From NCBI GenBank assembly GCA_002269645.1, contig NIVC01001342.1, forward strand, positions 1 to 64,000: a DNA stretch of 64,000 nucleotides, in the 5' to 3' direction. Below the pieces are notes generated by a model. It worked only from the letters and a program-made list of their open reading frames with translations, was not told where the DNA came from and did not search any database. This DNA comes from Macrostomum lignano (lineage: Eukaryota). A program made the translations under genes and the position numbers. Below, piece by piece: positions 11,290 to 24,000 of the stretch (position 1 is the stretch's first letter; each line of letters opens with the position of its first letter).

Positions 11290-12060
11290 GCGGCGCCCCG
11301 GAACTGACCGAGAATTTTATTGGAAATTTATAAAATCACAACAACATTTTGGAACTGGCTCTAGCTTAGCTGCGATCCCTACTGACAGTAGTAGTCTTGG
11401 CAAAGTCCAGTCTGATTTCCCGTGCGAATCAATCTGTTTGTCAGCTCTCTCTCTCTTGTGTTGAATTATAAATACCTGTACTGCTCACCTGCCCATCACC
11501 AGCTCACCTTAGCAATCTGAACTAACTGATCAATATAACATTAAATATAAACTTCTAATCAAATTAATTAATAGCGTTAAAAAGTTATTAGCGTCTGCAG
11601 AAATACATTATACTGATGTAGCTCAACATCTCGGTAGGCCCCGGGACTGTTGCTTTCTCCCCGGAATGGCAAATTGAACTCGCTGGGGCTGCTCAGCCGC
11701 CTTCTGATCTCGTTTCCTTATTGTACATATTTTTTGCTTTTTTCAGCTCCTCTTCAATTCAAGTGAAGCGTAGAACTTGCTCTGCTCCTCCGATCTTGCA
11801 TTGTCTTGCTTTGTGTAGCCGCTGGTGCGCTGCTCAAACGATGCCGACTTGCTGATCAGTTTGCTGTTCCTTTGAACCCGGCCGCCTATGCAACTCTATT
11901 CGCCCGTGTCTCAGGCCAGCTTGTCGAAATTCCATCGGCTGTTGTCCGTGCATCTGGTCTTTGATCTCATTTGAGTGCCATTTAAAAAACAAAAACTTGT
12001 GTTCGGCTCAACGTCTGTTTGCCTGCAGATACTGCAGAATCGCTAATTGCAAACAGCTCA

Positions 12061-12695
12061 CTAGTGACTCTGGCGACTCTAAGGCGACCCTTGTGATTTT
12101 TTAACGACCCAAACAACTGCTGCAGTGCGATCATACATGCGCAACAGTCGGCCGAGGCGGCCAATCCGGCCGACTGATTTGGCAGCCAACCAAGGAAGTC
12201 GCAAAAATGCCCACCCAAAAAATACCCAAGTAGTAGTACTAAGTAGCTGACGAGGCATTTTTGCCTAATAAGACAGTTATAGTTACTCCCGCTGTTTACC
12301 CAAAGTTGCGTTTATTTTGCTTTAGGGTTTTTTACATGTAAGTCGCATTTTTCGCAAAAAACTACGTCGCATTTTTGTTAAAACTAAGTCGCACGGCCGA
12401 CCGAATTTTGGACGTTGCGCATGTATGAGTGCGATAGTTGAGTCATGAGCAGAAACGAAAGGGTCGCGAAAAGGTCGTTAAAGCGTCGTGTCAGTGCTTA
12501 TATTTATACTAACTCAAGCAGACTAAAAAAGGTTGTCATAAATGCGAAATGCGATTCAAATTCATAAACTGATGCAGATTCGCTTTAGACGCAACTCGGT
12601 GATTCTGCAGCAACTTCAGACTCTTAGGTGACTCTGACGGCTTTTTGGCGACTCGTACCGTGACATCTCGTCGCTTTAGAGTCGTCTAGAGACAC
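12061..12695. mobile_element. MITE-like element with ~27-bp imperfect TIRs and internal GCGAC/GTCGC motifs
   Basis: Left GTGACTCTGGCGACTCTAAGGCGAC (12064-12088) vs right GTCGCTTTAGAGTCGTCTAGAGACAC (12670-12695), which are reverse-complementary. No TSD recognised. Confidence 0.55.
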
Positions 12696-15674
12696 TTTTA
12701 TATTTCACTTTGTTACCTGCCATGGCTCTGAAACGGCTCTAGAGAGACAAATGGCTCTGCGACACTTTTTGGCCTGGGTATCGTTTTCATCGGGCTGCTC
12801 TGCTCACCTGGATCTTGCAGTGCCCGCCACGTACTTTGAAAGGGTTTTCCGCTAGGTAAGGAATTATTCAATTATGCAAGCACTGGCTTTGAGTCTAACT
12901 TTGCCTGGCATCAGTTCTCTGCCGCCGCCCATGCCGTGATTGACATGCGTGTGTCTGGATCTGGGGTTTCACCTGTAAGCGTCTCGCCTGTTCACTGCAG
13001 GCTGCACATCGTTTATGTTTACCTCTTGTCCTCCGTTTCTCAGAGGCCGCAGCGCAGCTGGCCGCTCTGCCCCTCGCGTCGCGTGTCCGCCCCTATCACT
13101 GCTCTGCTGGGTTTTCCTTTCCGAACAGGCGTCCTAAGCTGCTAGCTTCCTTATTTGGACACAAAGGCTTGGGCAATGGGCGATTCCAAAAGATTACTTT
13201 GCTGCCCAATTTTGCAGGCAGTTCGCAGCCGAACTGCCCAGATTTGCCGGCAATTATTTTCTCACAGACCTGAGAAAAAAGCAGATTTTTGTGCTCGCTC
13301 TCAATAGCCACTGGCAAGCTGCACATGCACAGGATGCGGCACTCGCGAACAGTTTGCAGTTTAAGGGCCATGCAATTTCTGGCCAAATAAAGCTTCGGAA
13401 AGAGTTTTTTCCAAGTTAAACGCATTGACCAGCTTCCATTAGTATTTGGACGCATCGTAGCGGACAGAATTAGAAGGATTTTGAACAATGGGAACTGACT
13501 ACCTCGAGCGGGTAATTTCTAACGCCTTCTAGCTACTTGCATCGAATAAGGCCACATTTCGTGTTAATGACGCGGCTAGCTCTGAATATTCTTATTGTAC
13601 ATGTACACCAGTCACGTGCTGTTTCTTTTGTCGTTAACTCTGGTTCTGCTTCTGCCTTCTGGTGCTTATGTCTCTGTTCTGCTGCTGCTGCTTCTGTTTT
13701 TTCTGTTGCAAAAGTTCTATGACTTGGTGACACTCTGCCCCCTAACCCTTGTTCTATCTTTAGCCATATCTTTTGAAGAAAATAACATTCTGTCAAAATT
13801 CCAAAAGCAATAAAACTGTAGAATATTATCTATTCAGTGACGCATGTTACGAGCGTATATTAAATTCCGATTTCGCATTCAGTCTGTGGATCAATTTTTC
13901 CCACTATTTTTGGGACACCTGTTCCCAAACAGGTGTCCCAATGTGTTAGTAGTTCCCTGTTTCTCTCTGCTGGGGATGCGCTTCCCTCAATTATTCTGCC
14001 AAGAAATCAAGGACTACTAAAGTATAGAAGGATGCAACACTCGAAATCTATGGAAAATAAAATAGAATCCTAATTTTCTGAACGAAAAGCTCTATGAATA
14101 TCAAGAGCCATAAGAAAGGCACAGCATATCAAAAGATGAACATTGGCTCTGCCTCCTATCGAAAGCAATAACAAGTTTTGTGCTGAAAAATGAATACTTC
14201 CTTTCTCCGTAGTGTATTTTTCGGTGAAAAAGTGGCCTTCAAAACTTTTTCCTAGAAAAGTTAGTGTCGCGTCCTGTAGTTGTCCTTGCAAGAACTCTGC
14301 CCTAGAAATTGTCTCTAGAACTTGCCATTTCGCATTCACCAATAATATTTACCCTACTGGTGATGAAAATATTTACAATAGATTGCGATAATGATGACGG
14401 AAGCTGACATCTATTTGTCAGCTTTAGTCCACTTGCTTGCAAGCTATGGGAAGTCTTCACAGACCCTACATTGAGGATCGCCTTCTGCCTACAGAGGAGG
14501 CGGCAAAACGGGCGGACGTGACCTCAGCTCGCGTCGGCCTACTGGGGGAGTCGCTACTGAACTCTTGCTCGGAAATGAGTTCGAATGACGGAGTTCCGTC
14601 ATCATGGCGAGACCGGACCGAGTCCCCATATAATTAAACCGGATTTGGAAGGCTCATCGGCTTTGTTGCATGAGGAAGCGGAAACCAAGGAGGACTTAGC
14701 AACACCAGACATAACAGATATCAGGCTCGCGAATAATGGCAAAATTCGAAAAGCCCCATTCGATTCAGCGTTCCAGGCTGCGACAGTATAGGCGAGAGAG
14801 GTTTTGCCATTGCAAGTTAAGGTACGAGCAGAGGGCTCAAGGAATGTCAGCCATTGAGGTGTACATATGCAAGTCTTTGTGACAGGGCAAAGATTGACTT
14901 TGACACGGTAGCTTTGCATGTGCCGCAAAGTTTATGAAATCTGGGAACGATTCCCTTTTTACTGGCACCGTGGCTGCCTGTAAAAAATAAGCATGCTTAA
15001 TTTTCGGAGATGCAATCCGAGCATGTTAAATTTCCTGATCCATTTTTATATTGTGCACCGGTAAGAGCCAATGACAAAGATTCATGTCAAAATTGATGGC
15101 ATTTACAAGTGTGATGTCTGGACGGAACCACTTGTCAACCTTGGCACGTCTCTTGCATTTAGCTGGCGAGTCTTCAATCTGGAATCGCACCAAAACCCCC
15201 GTCTCTGCAAGGACAAATTTCCTGGAGAAGACTTCGCTCTATTTTTAGTTTCTTTGAATTGCTGCGACTTCTGTGAATGATGTCAGCGCCTGCCCTGCTC
15301 AGAATTTGCCAAAAAGATTCTAAACTTCGAATGTGGGGCCTCTGTCTGTTTCTCAAAACAGCAAATTTGTTTCAAAGAAGCTGGGGGGAAATTGCTTTCG
15401 CAGAATCTGCATCCCAGATTCACGCGCTACTTTCAACGGCATCAAATGAAACTGAGCAAAACTGCTGTTGCCTCTGCCGGTGGGAAAAACAATCCGAGCG
15501 CAAGCAGCTGCAGGTCCGGCTTCCCGTTGGCCGCGGGCCGATCCGCCAATCCCCGGCTGTCAGCGCCAGGTGGGCGGCATCCGCAGCGGAACAAAACGGG
15601 AGCTGCGAGTCTGAGCTGCTGCTGAGATCGCAGGCAGGCAAAGTGGATTCTCTACCGCCAAGCACTCCAAAGCC

Positions 15675-17443
15675 ATGTCAGACCTATCGCTGGGCCAGTG
15701 GCTGCTGCTGGTCGACAACTCCTCGGACGCAGAGGACCTGTGGTCCCGCGGCGTCTCCTGCTCCAACCTGAGCCAGCGCCAGCCTCTGCACAACCTGGAG
15801 CGGCTGTACAACTTCTCCACCCCGGCCTGGCCGTCGTCAACGTGCTGGTCAACGCCTGGGGCCTCGCCCTGTGCCATCGACAGCTGCGCGCCAGGGTCGG
15901 CGGGGGCGCCGTCGGCAACGGGGGCCGCGGACGCGGACTGCGCCGAAACCTCCGGCTGCTGCTCCGCCTGGCCGCCGTGGAGATCGCCTTCAACCTGGCG
16001 CTGTTCCTGCACTTCTTCCTCTACCTGCTGCTGCTCACGCAGCGGCTTCAGGTGTGAAGAATTACTAAATTATTATGCTTAGCTTGGGGTTGTCTTCTGT
16101 GAAATTGAAAAGTCACTCCAAACGCATGGTTCCAGACACGTATCAGCAGTTTTCATCCATGATATGGGAGGCCGGGCCTTAGGGAAAATGAATAAAATGC
16201 GAAATTGCAGCTCAGCCTTGGAGGAGAGGTGGATTTTCCTCATACAGGACATTGGCTGAGAACCAGAGAGTACTGACTTAGACTGCATGTAGAGCATTGG
16301 TCCATTCAATAAGCCACCTTACTTAGAATTATCTACCTAGAGCTGCAAAACTGCACTATGCAACATATATCGGTACATGTACTGTTGAAGCCTATCATGC
16401 AAAATCCGCTTATCGTTGCGTAGCTTCGGGTGCGATTAAAGAGCAAAAGTTCGATGTGAACACTTTCTAATGCCTAGAGCATGCGCAACGTAAAGTACAT
16501 GTCACTAAGCCACGCACCGCCGCAGGTGCCCTCATCCGGCTTGGCGCGCTTCCTGGCCGTGCTGATGAGCCTCAGCGTGCCGCTGGTCGCCTGGTCGCAG
16601 TGCCTCCGCAACTGGACGGTGGTGTTCATCGCCCTGCTGCGCCTGGCCGCCGTGGCATCGCCGCACCGCCTGTACCACACCTGGAGCCGCCGGCTCAACT
16701 GCCCGGTGTTCCCCCTGGCCACCGGCCTCGCCTTCTTCCTGGGGCTGCCGCGGGCCTTCGAGTTCGTCTACGTGTTCTGCCTGGACTCGGGCCAGTTCGC
16801 GGACCAGCTGCCCTCGCCGCTGCTGCTCAGCCCCGCCTACTCGGTGGCCTACCTGACCGTGCTGCTGTTCCTGCTGCAGTCCGGCGGCCCCATCATCCTC
16901 GTCTCCGCCTCCTCCGCCGTCATCTCCTGGGCCGTCATCCGCGCCGACAGGAGGCGCCAGCGCCAGCTGCAGGTCTCCGCCGCCGCCGCCGCCGCTGCCG
17001 CCGCCTCCGGCGCAGCCTCCGTGTCAGCCGACTCCGAGAGCATCGCGTCTGGCCTTCGTCGCCAGCGTCGTCGCCGCTTCTCCATCTCGCCGGCCAACCG
17101 CACGGTGGTGGCGCTGTCCATTGTGTTCTTCCTGTTCGAGTTCCCCACCTTCCTGTCCAAGCTGGACGCCGCCTTCGTCATCCTGGATCCCAGCGCTCCG
17201 GCCAGCGCCTGCCTGATGAAGCTGGCGAACATCATGACTATCCTGGACTCGGCTATGAACTTCTTCATCTACATCCTGGCCAACCCCAACCTGCACGTCC
17301 GGCTGCAGCGCCGGCTGTTCGGCTTTTGTCGCGCGCGGCGCGGAGCTGGCGGGAAGGCCGGAGACGCGGAGGAGGACGGGGACCAGCGGCTTGGCGGCGA
17401 GCATCGCGACGGAGCCCGCGTCGTCCAGGATGCCGGGGTCTGA
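15675..17443 (+). CDS. Rhodopsin-class (class A) orphan peptide-receptor-like GPCR, 2 exons, 1-nt frame break in exon 1
   Basis: Exon 1 15675-16051 (donor CAG|GTGTG), exon 2 16526-17443. Seven hydrophobic segments. TM3 CLRNWTVVFIALLRLAAV, TM6 FFLFEFP and TM7 ILDSAMNFFIY resemble FMRFamide/DMS-receptor-like invertebrate GPCRs. The frame switches at ~15815-15823 between ORFs 15675 and 15698. Confidence 0.8.
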
Positions 17444-18077
17444 CAGGCCTCTGGGCTAATTGCTATGGCAACAGACATTCGTCACTCAACTAAATCAGTA
17501 CCAGCTGTCGTAAACTTGATGTTACCCAAAGACTGCAAACTTTAAAATCGCCCAAAATCGCCGCTTATCACCTGATAGACCAGCTGAGTCAGGAGCGGCT
17601 GAAGCTGGAATTCCTCTGAGCTTCGCTTTTGTCCGACTGTTGTTCCAATCTTCAGAGTGACGCAGCAGAAGATTCGTTGTTTTGTGCTTTTTGTGTCCGA
17701 TCTCTTCTTGTTGCTACTGCAGATCTGTGCTTATTTTGAAGCAGAATTACCCACATTCGCAGACCTTAATTTATTTCACTCTGTGTTCGACCGATGACGC
17801 ACTTTTCCTTCCTCGGTCCCCTGCGGCCGAGTCTATCGCTTCAGTTAATAAAAAACTGCTCGTTCTTGTTCCTTCTGTATCAGCAAGCAACTCGCGCCGC
17901 CACGACTTCTTGCATTCTTTAAGCGGTGCTTAAACCCATGCAGAATGGGGTTTGCCATGCAGAGGCTGGCATCGAGCCTTGTCAGCTGCTGCTCAGCATT
18001 TGTAGGTGCAAAATTTACTTCAGACCAACTCCAATCTGCATCTCACTCTATCTCCGAAATGTGTGCGATTGGAGAAG

Positions 18078-21000
18078 TCTCTACAGCTCTAACAGCATCA
18101 TCTCTACAGCTCACAGCATCATCTCTACAGCTCACAGCATCATCTACAGCTCACACAGCATCATCTCTACAGCTCACGCAGCATCATCTCTACAGCTCTC
18201 ACAGCATCATCTCTACAGCTCACAGCATCATCTCTACAGCTCTCACAGCCTCATCTCTACTGCTCAAACAACACAGCATCATCTCTACAGCTCACAGCAT
18301 CATCTCTACAGCTCACAGCATCATCTCTACAGCTCACATCATTATCTCTACAGCTCTCACTGCATCATCTATACAGCTCACAGCGTCATCTCTACAGCTC
18401 AAACAGCATCATCTCTACAGCTCTCACAGCATCATCTCTACAGCTTAAACAGCATCATCTCTACAGCTCACAGCATCATCTCTACAGCTCACAGCATCAT
18501 CTCTACAGCTCACAGCGTCATCTCTACAGCTCACAGCATCATCTCTACAGCTCACACAGCATCATCTCTACTGCTCAAACAGCACAGCATCATCTCTACA
18601 GCTCACAACATCATCTCTACAGCTCAAACAGCATCATCTCTACTGCTCAAACAACACAGCATCATCTTTACAGCTCACAGCATCATCTCTACAGCTCACA
18701 GCATCATCTCTACAGCTCACACAGCATCATCTCTACTGCTCAAACAACACAGCATCATCTCTACTGCTCAAACAACACAGCATCATCTCTACAGCTCAAA
18801 CAGCATCATCTCTACAGCTCAAACAGCATCATCTCTACTGCTCAAACAACACAGCATCATCTCTACAGCTCACAGCATCATCTCTACAGCTCACACAACA
18901 TCATCTCTACAGCTCAAACAGCATCATCTCTACAGCTCAAACAACACAGCATCATCTCTACAGCTCAAACAGCATCATCTCTACAGCTCAAACAACACAG
19001 CATCATCTTTACAGCTCACAGCATCATCTCTACAGCTCACAGCATCATCTCTACAGCTCACAACATCATCTCTACAGCTCAAACAGCATCATCTCTACAG
19101 CTCAAACAACGCAGCATCATCTCTACAGCTCAGAGCATCATCTCTACAGCTCACACAACATCATCTCTACAGCTCAAACAGCATTATCTCTACAGCTCAA
19201 ACAACACAGCATCGTCTCTACAGCTCAAACAGCATCATCTCTACAGCTCAAACAGCATCATCTCTACTGCTCAAACAACACAGCATCATCTCTACTGCTC
19301 AAACAACACAGCATCATCTCTACAGCTCACAGCATCATCTCTACAGCTCACACAGCATCATCTCTACTGCTTAAACAACACAGCATCATCTCTACAGCTC
19401 ACAACATCATCTCTACAGCTCAAAGAGCATCATCTCTACAGCTCAAACAACACAGCATCATCTCTATAGCTCACAGCATCATCTTTACAGCTCAAACAGC
19501 ATCATCTCTACTGCTCAAACAACACAGCATCATCTCTACAGCTCACAATATCATCTCTACAGCTCAAACAGCATCTCTACAGCTCAAACAACACAGCATC
19601 ATCTATACAGCTCACAGCGTCATCTCTACAGCTCACAGCGTGATCTCTACAGCTTAAACAGCATCATCTCTACAGCTCACAGCATCATCTCTACAGCTCA
19701 CAGCATCATTTCTACAGCTCACAGCGTCATCTCTACAGCTCACAGCATCATCTCTACAGCTCACACAGCATCATCTCTACTGCTCAAACAACACAGCATC
19801 ATCTCTACAGCTCACAACATTATCTCTACAGCTCAAACAGCATCATCTCTACAGCTCAAACAACACAGCGTCATCTCTACAGCTCACAGCATCATCTCTA
19901 CAGCTCACAGCGTCATCTCTACAGCTCACAGCGTCATCTCTACAGCTTAAACAGCATCATCTCTACAGCTCACAGCATCATCTCTACAGCTCACAGCATC
20001 ATTTCTACAGCTCACAGCGTCATCTCTACAGCTCACAGCATCATCTCTACAGCTCACACAGCATCATCTCTACAGCTTAAACAGCATCATCTCTACAGCT
20101 TAAACAGCATCATCTCTACAGCTCACAGCATCATCTCTACAGCTCACAGCATCATTTCTACAGCTCACAGCGTCATCTCTACAGCTCACAGCATCATCTC
20201 TACAGCTCACACAGCATCATCTCTACTGCTCAAACAACACAGCATCATCTCTACAGCTCACAACATCATCTCTACAGCTCAAACAGCATCATCTCTACAG
20301 CTCAAACAACACAGCATCATCTCTACTGCTCTCACTGCATCATCTATACAGCTCACAGCGTCATCTCTACAGCTTAAACAGCATCATCTCTACAGCTCAC
20401 AGCATCATCTCTACAGCTCACAGCATCATCTCTACAGCTCACAGCGTCATCTCTACAGCTCACACAGCATCATCTCTACTGCTCAAACAACACAGCATCA
20501 TCTCTACAGCTCACAACATCATCTCTACAGCTCAAACAGCATCATCTCTACAGCTCAAACAACACAGCATCATCTCTATAGCTCACAGCATCATCTCTAC
20601 AGCTCAAACAGCATCATCTCTACTACTCAAACAACACAGCATCATCTCTACAGCTCACAACATCATCTCTACAGCTCAAACAGCATCATCTCTACAGCTC
20701 AAACAACACAGCATCATCTCTACTGCTCTCACTGCATCATCTATACAGCTCACAGCGTCATCTCTACAGCTTAAACAGCATCATCTCTACAGCTCACAGC
20801 ATCATCTCTATAGCTCACAGCATCATCTCTACAGCTCACAGCATCATCTCTACAGCTCACACAGCATCATCTCTACTGCTCAAACAACACAGCATCATCT
20901 CTACAGCTTACAACATCATCTCTACAGCTCAAACAGCATCATCTCTACAGCTCAAACAACACAGCATCATCTCTACAGCTCAAACAACACAGCATCATCT

Positions 21001-24000
21001 ATACAGCTCACAGCGTCATCTCTACAGCTCACAGCGTCATCTCTACAGCTTAAACAGCATCATCTCTACAGCTCACAGCATCATCTCTACAGCTCACAGC
21101 ATCATTTCTACAGCTCACAGCGTCATCTCTACAGCTCACAGCATCATCTCTACAGCTCACACAGCATCATCTCTACTGCTCAAACAACACAGCATCATCT
21201 CTACAGCTCACAACATTATCTCTACAGCTCAAACAGCATCATCTCTACAGCTCAAACAACACAGCGTCATCTCTACAGCTCACAGCATCATCTCTACAGC
21301 TCACAGCGTCATCTCTACAGCTCACAGCGTCATCTCTACAGCTTAAACAGCATCATCTCTACAGCTCACAGCATCATCTCTACAGCTCACAGCATCATTT
21401 CTACAGCTCACAGCGTCATCTCTACAGCTCACAGCATCATCTCTACAGCTCACACAGCATCATCTCTACTGCTCAAACAACACAGCATCATCTCTACAGC
21501 TCACAACATCATCTCTACAGCTCAAACAGCATCATCTCTACAGCTCAAACAACACAGCATCATCTCTACTGCTCTCACTGCATCATCTATACAGCTCACA
21601 GCGTCATCTCTACAGCTTAAACAGCATCATCTCTACAGCTCACAGCATCATCTCTACAGCTCACAGCATCATCTCTACAGCTCACAGCGTCATCTCTACA
21701 GCTCACACAGCATCATCTCTACTGCTCAAACAACACAGCATCATCTCTACAGCTCACAACATCATCTCTACAGCTCAAACAGCATCATCTCTACAGCTCA
21801 AACAACACAGCATCATCTCTATAGCTCACAGCATCATCTCTACAGCTCAAACAGCATCATCTCTACTACTCAAACAACACAGCATCATCTCTACAGCTCA
21901 CAACATCATCTCTACAGCTCAAACAGCATCATCTCTACAGCTCAAACAACACAGCATCATCTCTACTGCTCTCACTGCATCATCTATACAGCTCACAGCG
22001 TCATCTCTACAGCTTAAACAGCATCATCTCTACAGCTCACAGCATCATCTCTATAGCTCACAGCATCATCTCTACAGCTCACAGCATCATCTCTACAGCT
22101 CACACAGCATCATCTCTACTGCTCAAACAACACAGCATCATCTCTACAGCTTACAACATCATCTCTACAGCTCAAACAGCATCATCTCTACAGCTCAAAC
22201 AACACAGCATCATCTCTACAGCTCAAACAACACAGCATCATCTCTACAGCTCAAACAGCATCATCTCTACAGCTCAAACAACACAGCCTCATCTTTACAG
22301 CTCACAGCATCATCTCTACAGCTCACAGCATAATCTCTACAGCTCAAACAACACAGCATCATCTCTACAGCTCAAACAACACAGCATCATCTATACAGCT
22401 CACAGCGTCATCTCTACAGCTCACAGCGTCATCTCTACAGCTTAAACAGCATCATCTCTACAGCTCACAGCATCATCTCTACAGCTCACAGCATCATTTC
22501 TACAGCTCACAGCGTCATCTCTACAGCTCACAGCATCATCTCTACAGCTCACACAGCATCATCTCTACTGCTCAAACAACACAGCAGCATCTCTACAGCT
22601 CACAACATTATCTCTACAGCTCAAACAGCATCATCTCTACAGCTCAAACAACACAGCGTCATCTCTACAGCTCACAGCATCATCTCTACAGCTCACAGCG
22701 TCATCTCTACAGCTCACAGCGTCATCTCTACAGCTTAAACAGCATCATCTCTACAGCTCACAGCATCATCTCTACAGCTCACAGCATCATTTCTACAGCT
22801 CACAGCGTCATCTCTACAGCTCACAGCATCATCTCTACAGCTCACACAGCATCATCTCTACTGCTCAAACAACACAGCATCATCTCTACAGCTCACAACA
22901 TCATCTCTACAGCTCAAACAGCATCATCTCTACAGCTCAAACAACACAGCATCATCTCTACTGCTCTCACTGCATCATCTATACAGCTCACAGCGTCATC
23001 TCTACAGCTTAAACAGCATCATCTCTACAGCTCACAATATCATCTCTACAGCTCAAACAGCATCTCTACAGCTCAAACAACACAGCATCATCTATACAGC
23101 TCACAGCGTCATCTCTACAGCTCACAGCGTCATCTCTACAGCTTAAACAGCATCATCTCTACAGCTCACAGCATCATCTCTACAGCTCACAGCATCATTT
23201 CTACAGCTCACAGCGTCATCTCTACAGCTCACAGCATCATCTCTACAGCTCACACAGCATCATCTCTACTGCTCAAACAACACAGCATCATCTCTACAGC
23301 TCACAACATTATCTCTACAGCTCAAACAGCATCATCTCTACAGCTCAAACAACACAGCGTCATCTCTACAGCTCACAGCATCATCTCTACAGCTCACAGC
23401 GTCATCTCTACAGCTCACAGCGTCATCTCTACAGCTTAAACAGCATCATCTCTACAGCTCACAGCATCATCTCTACAGCTCACAGCATCATTTCTACAGC
23501 TCACAGCGTCATCTCTACAGCTCACAGCATCATCTCTACAGCTCACACAGCATCATCTCTACAGCTTAAACAGCATCATCTCTACAGCTTAAACAGCATC
23601 ATCTCTACAGCTCACAGCATCATCTCTACAGCTCACAGCATCATTTCTACAGCTCACAGCGTCATCTCTACAGCTCACAGCATCATCTCTACAGCTCACA
23701 CAGCATCATCTCTACTGCTCAAACAACACAGCATCATCTCTACAGCTCACAACATCATCTCTACAGCTCAAACAGCATCATCTCTACAGCTCAAACAACA
23801 CAGCATCATCTCTACTGCTCTCACTGCATCATCTATACAGCTCACAGCGTCATCTCTACAGCTTAAACAGCATCATCTCTACAGCTCACAGCATCATCTC
23901 TACAGCTCACAGCATCATCTCTACAGCTCACAGCGTCATCTCTACAGCTCACACAGCATCATCTCTACTGCTCAAACAACACAGGATCATCTCTACAGCT

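Noticed and set aside
11620-15070. Patchy GC-richer, coding-looking fragments (e.g. 13096-13488, 14437-14791)
   Set aside because: Interrupted by stops, with no recognisable domain or consistent splice model; possibly decayed TE, not supportable.
17926-19374. 482-aa and 167-aa ORFs running into the satellite
   Set aside because: Translation is just the stop-poor repeat (HSIISTA/QHHLYSS); unit lengths 23 and 28 shift frame constantly, so there is no coding constraint.
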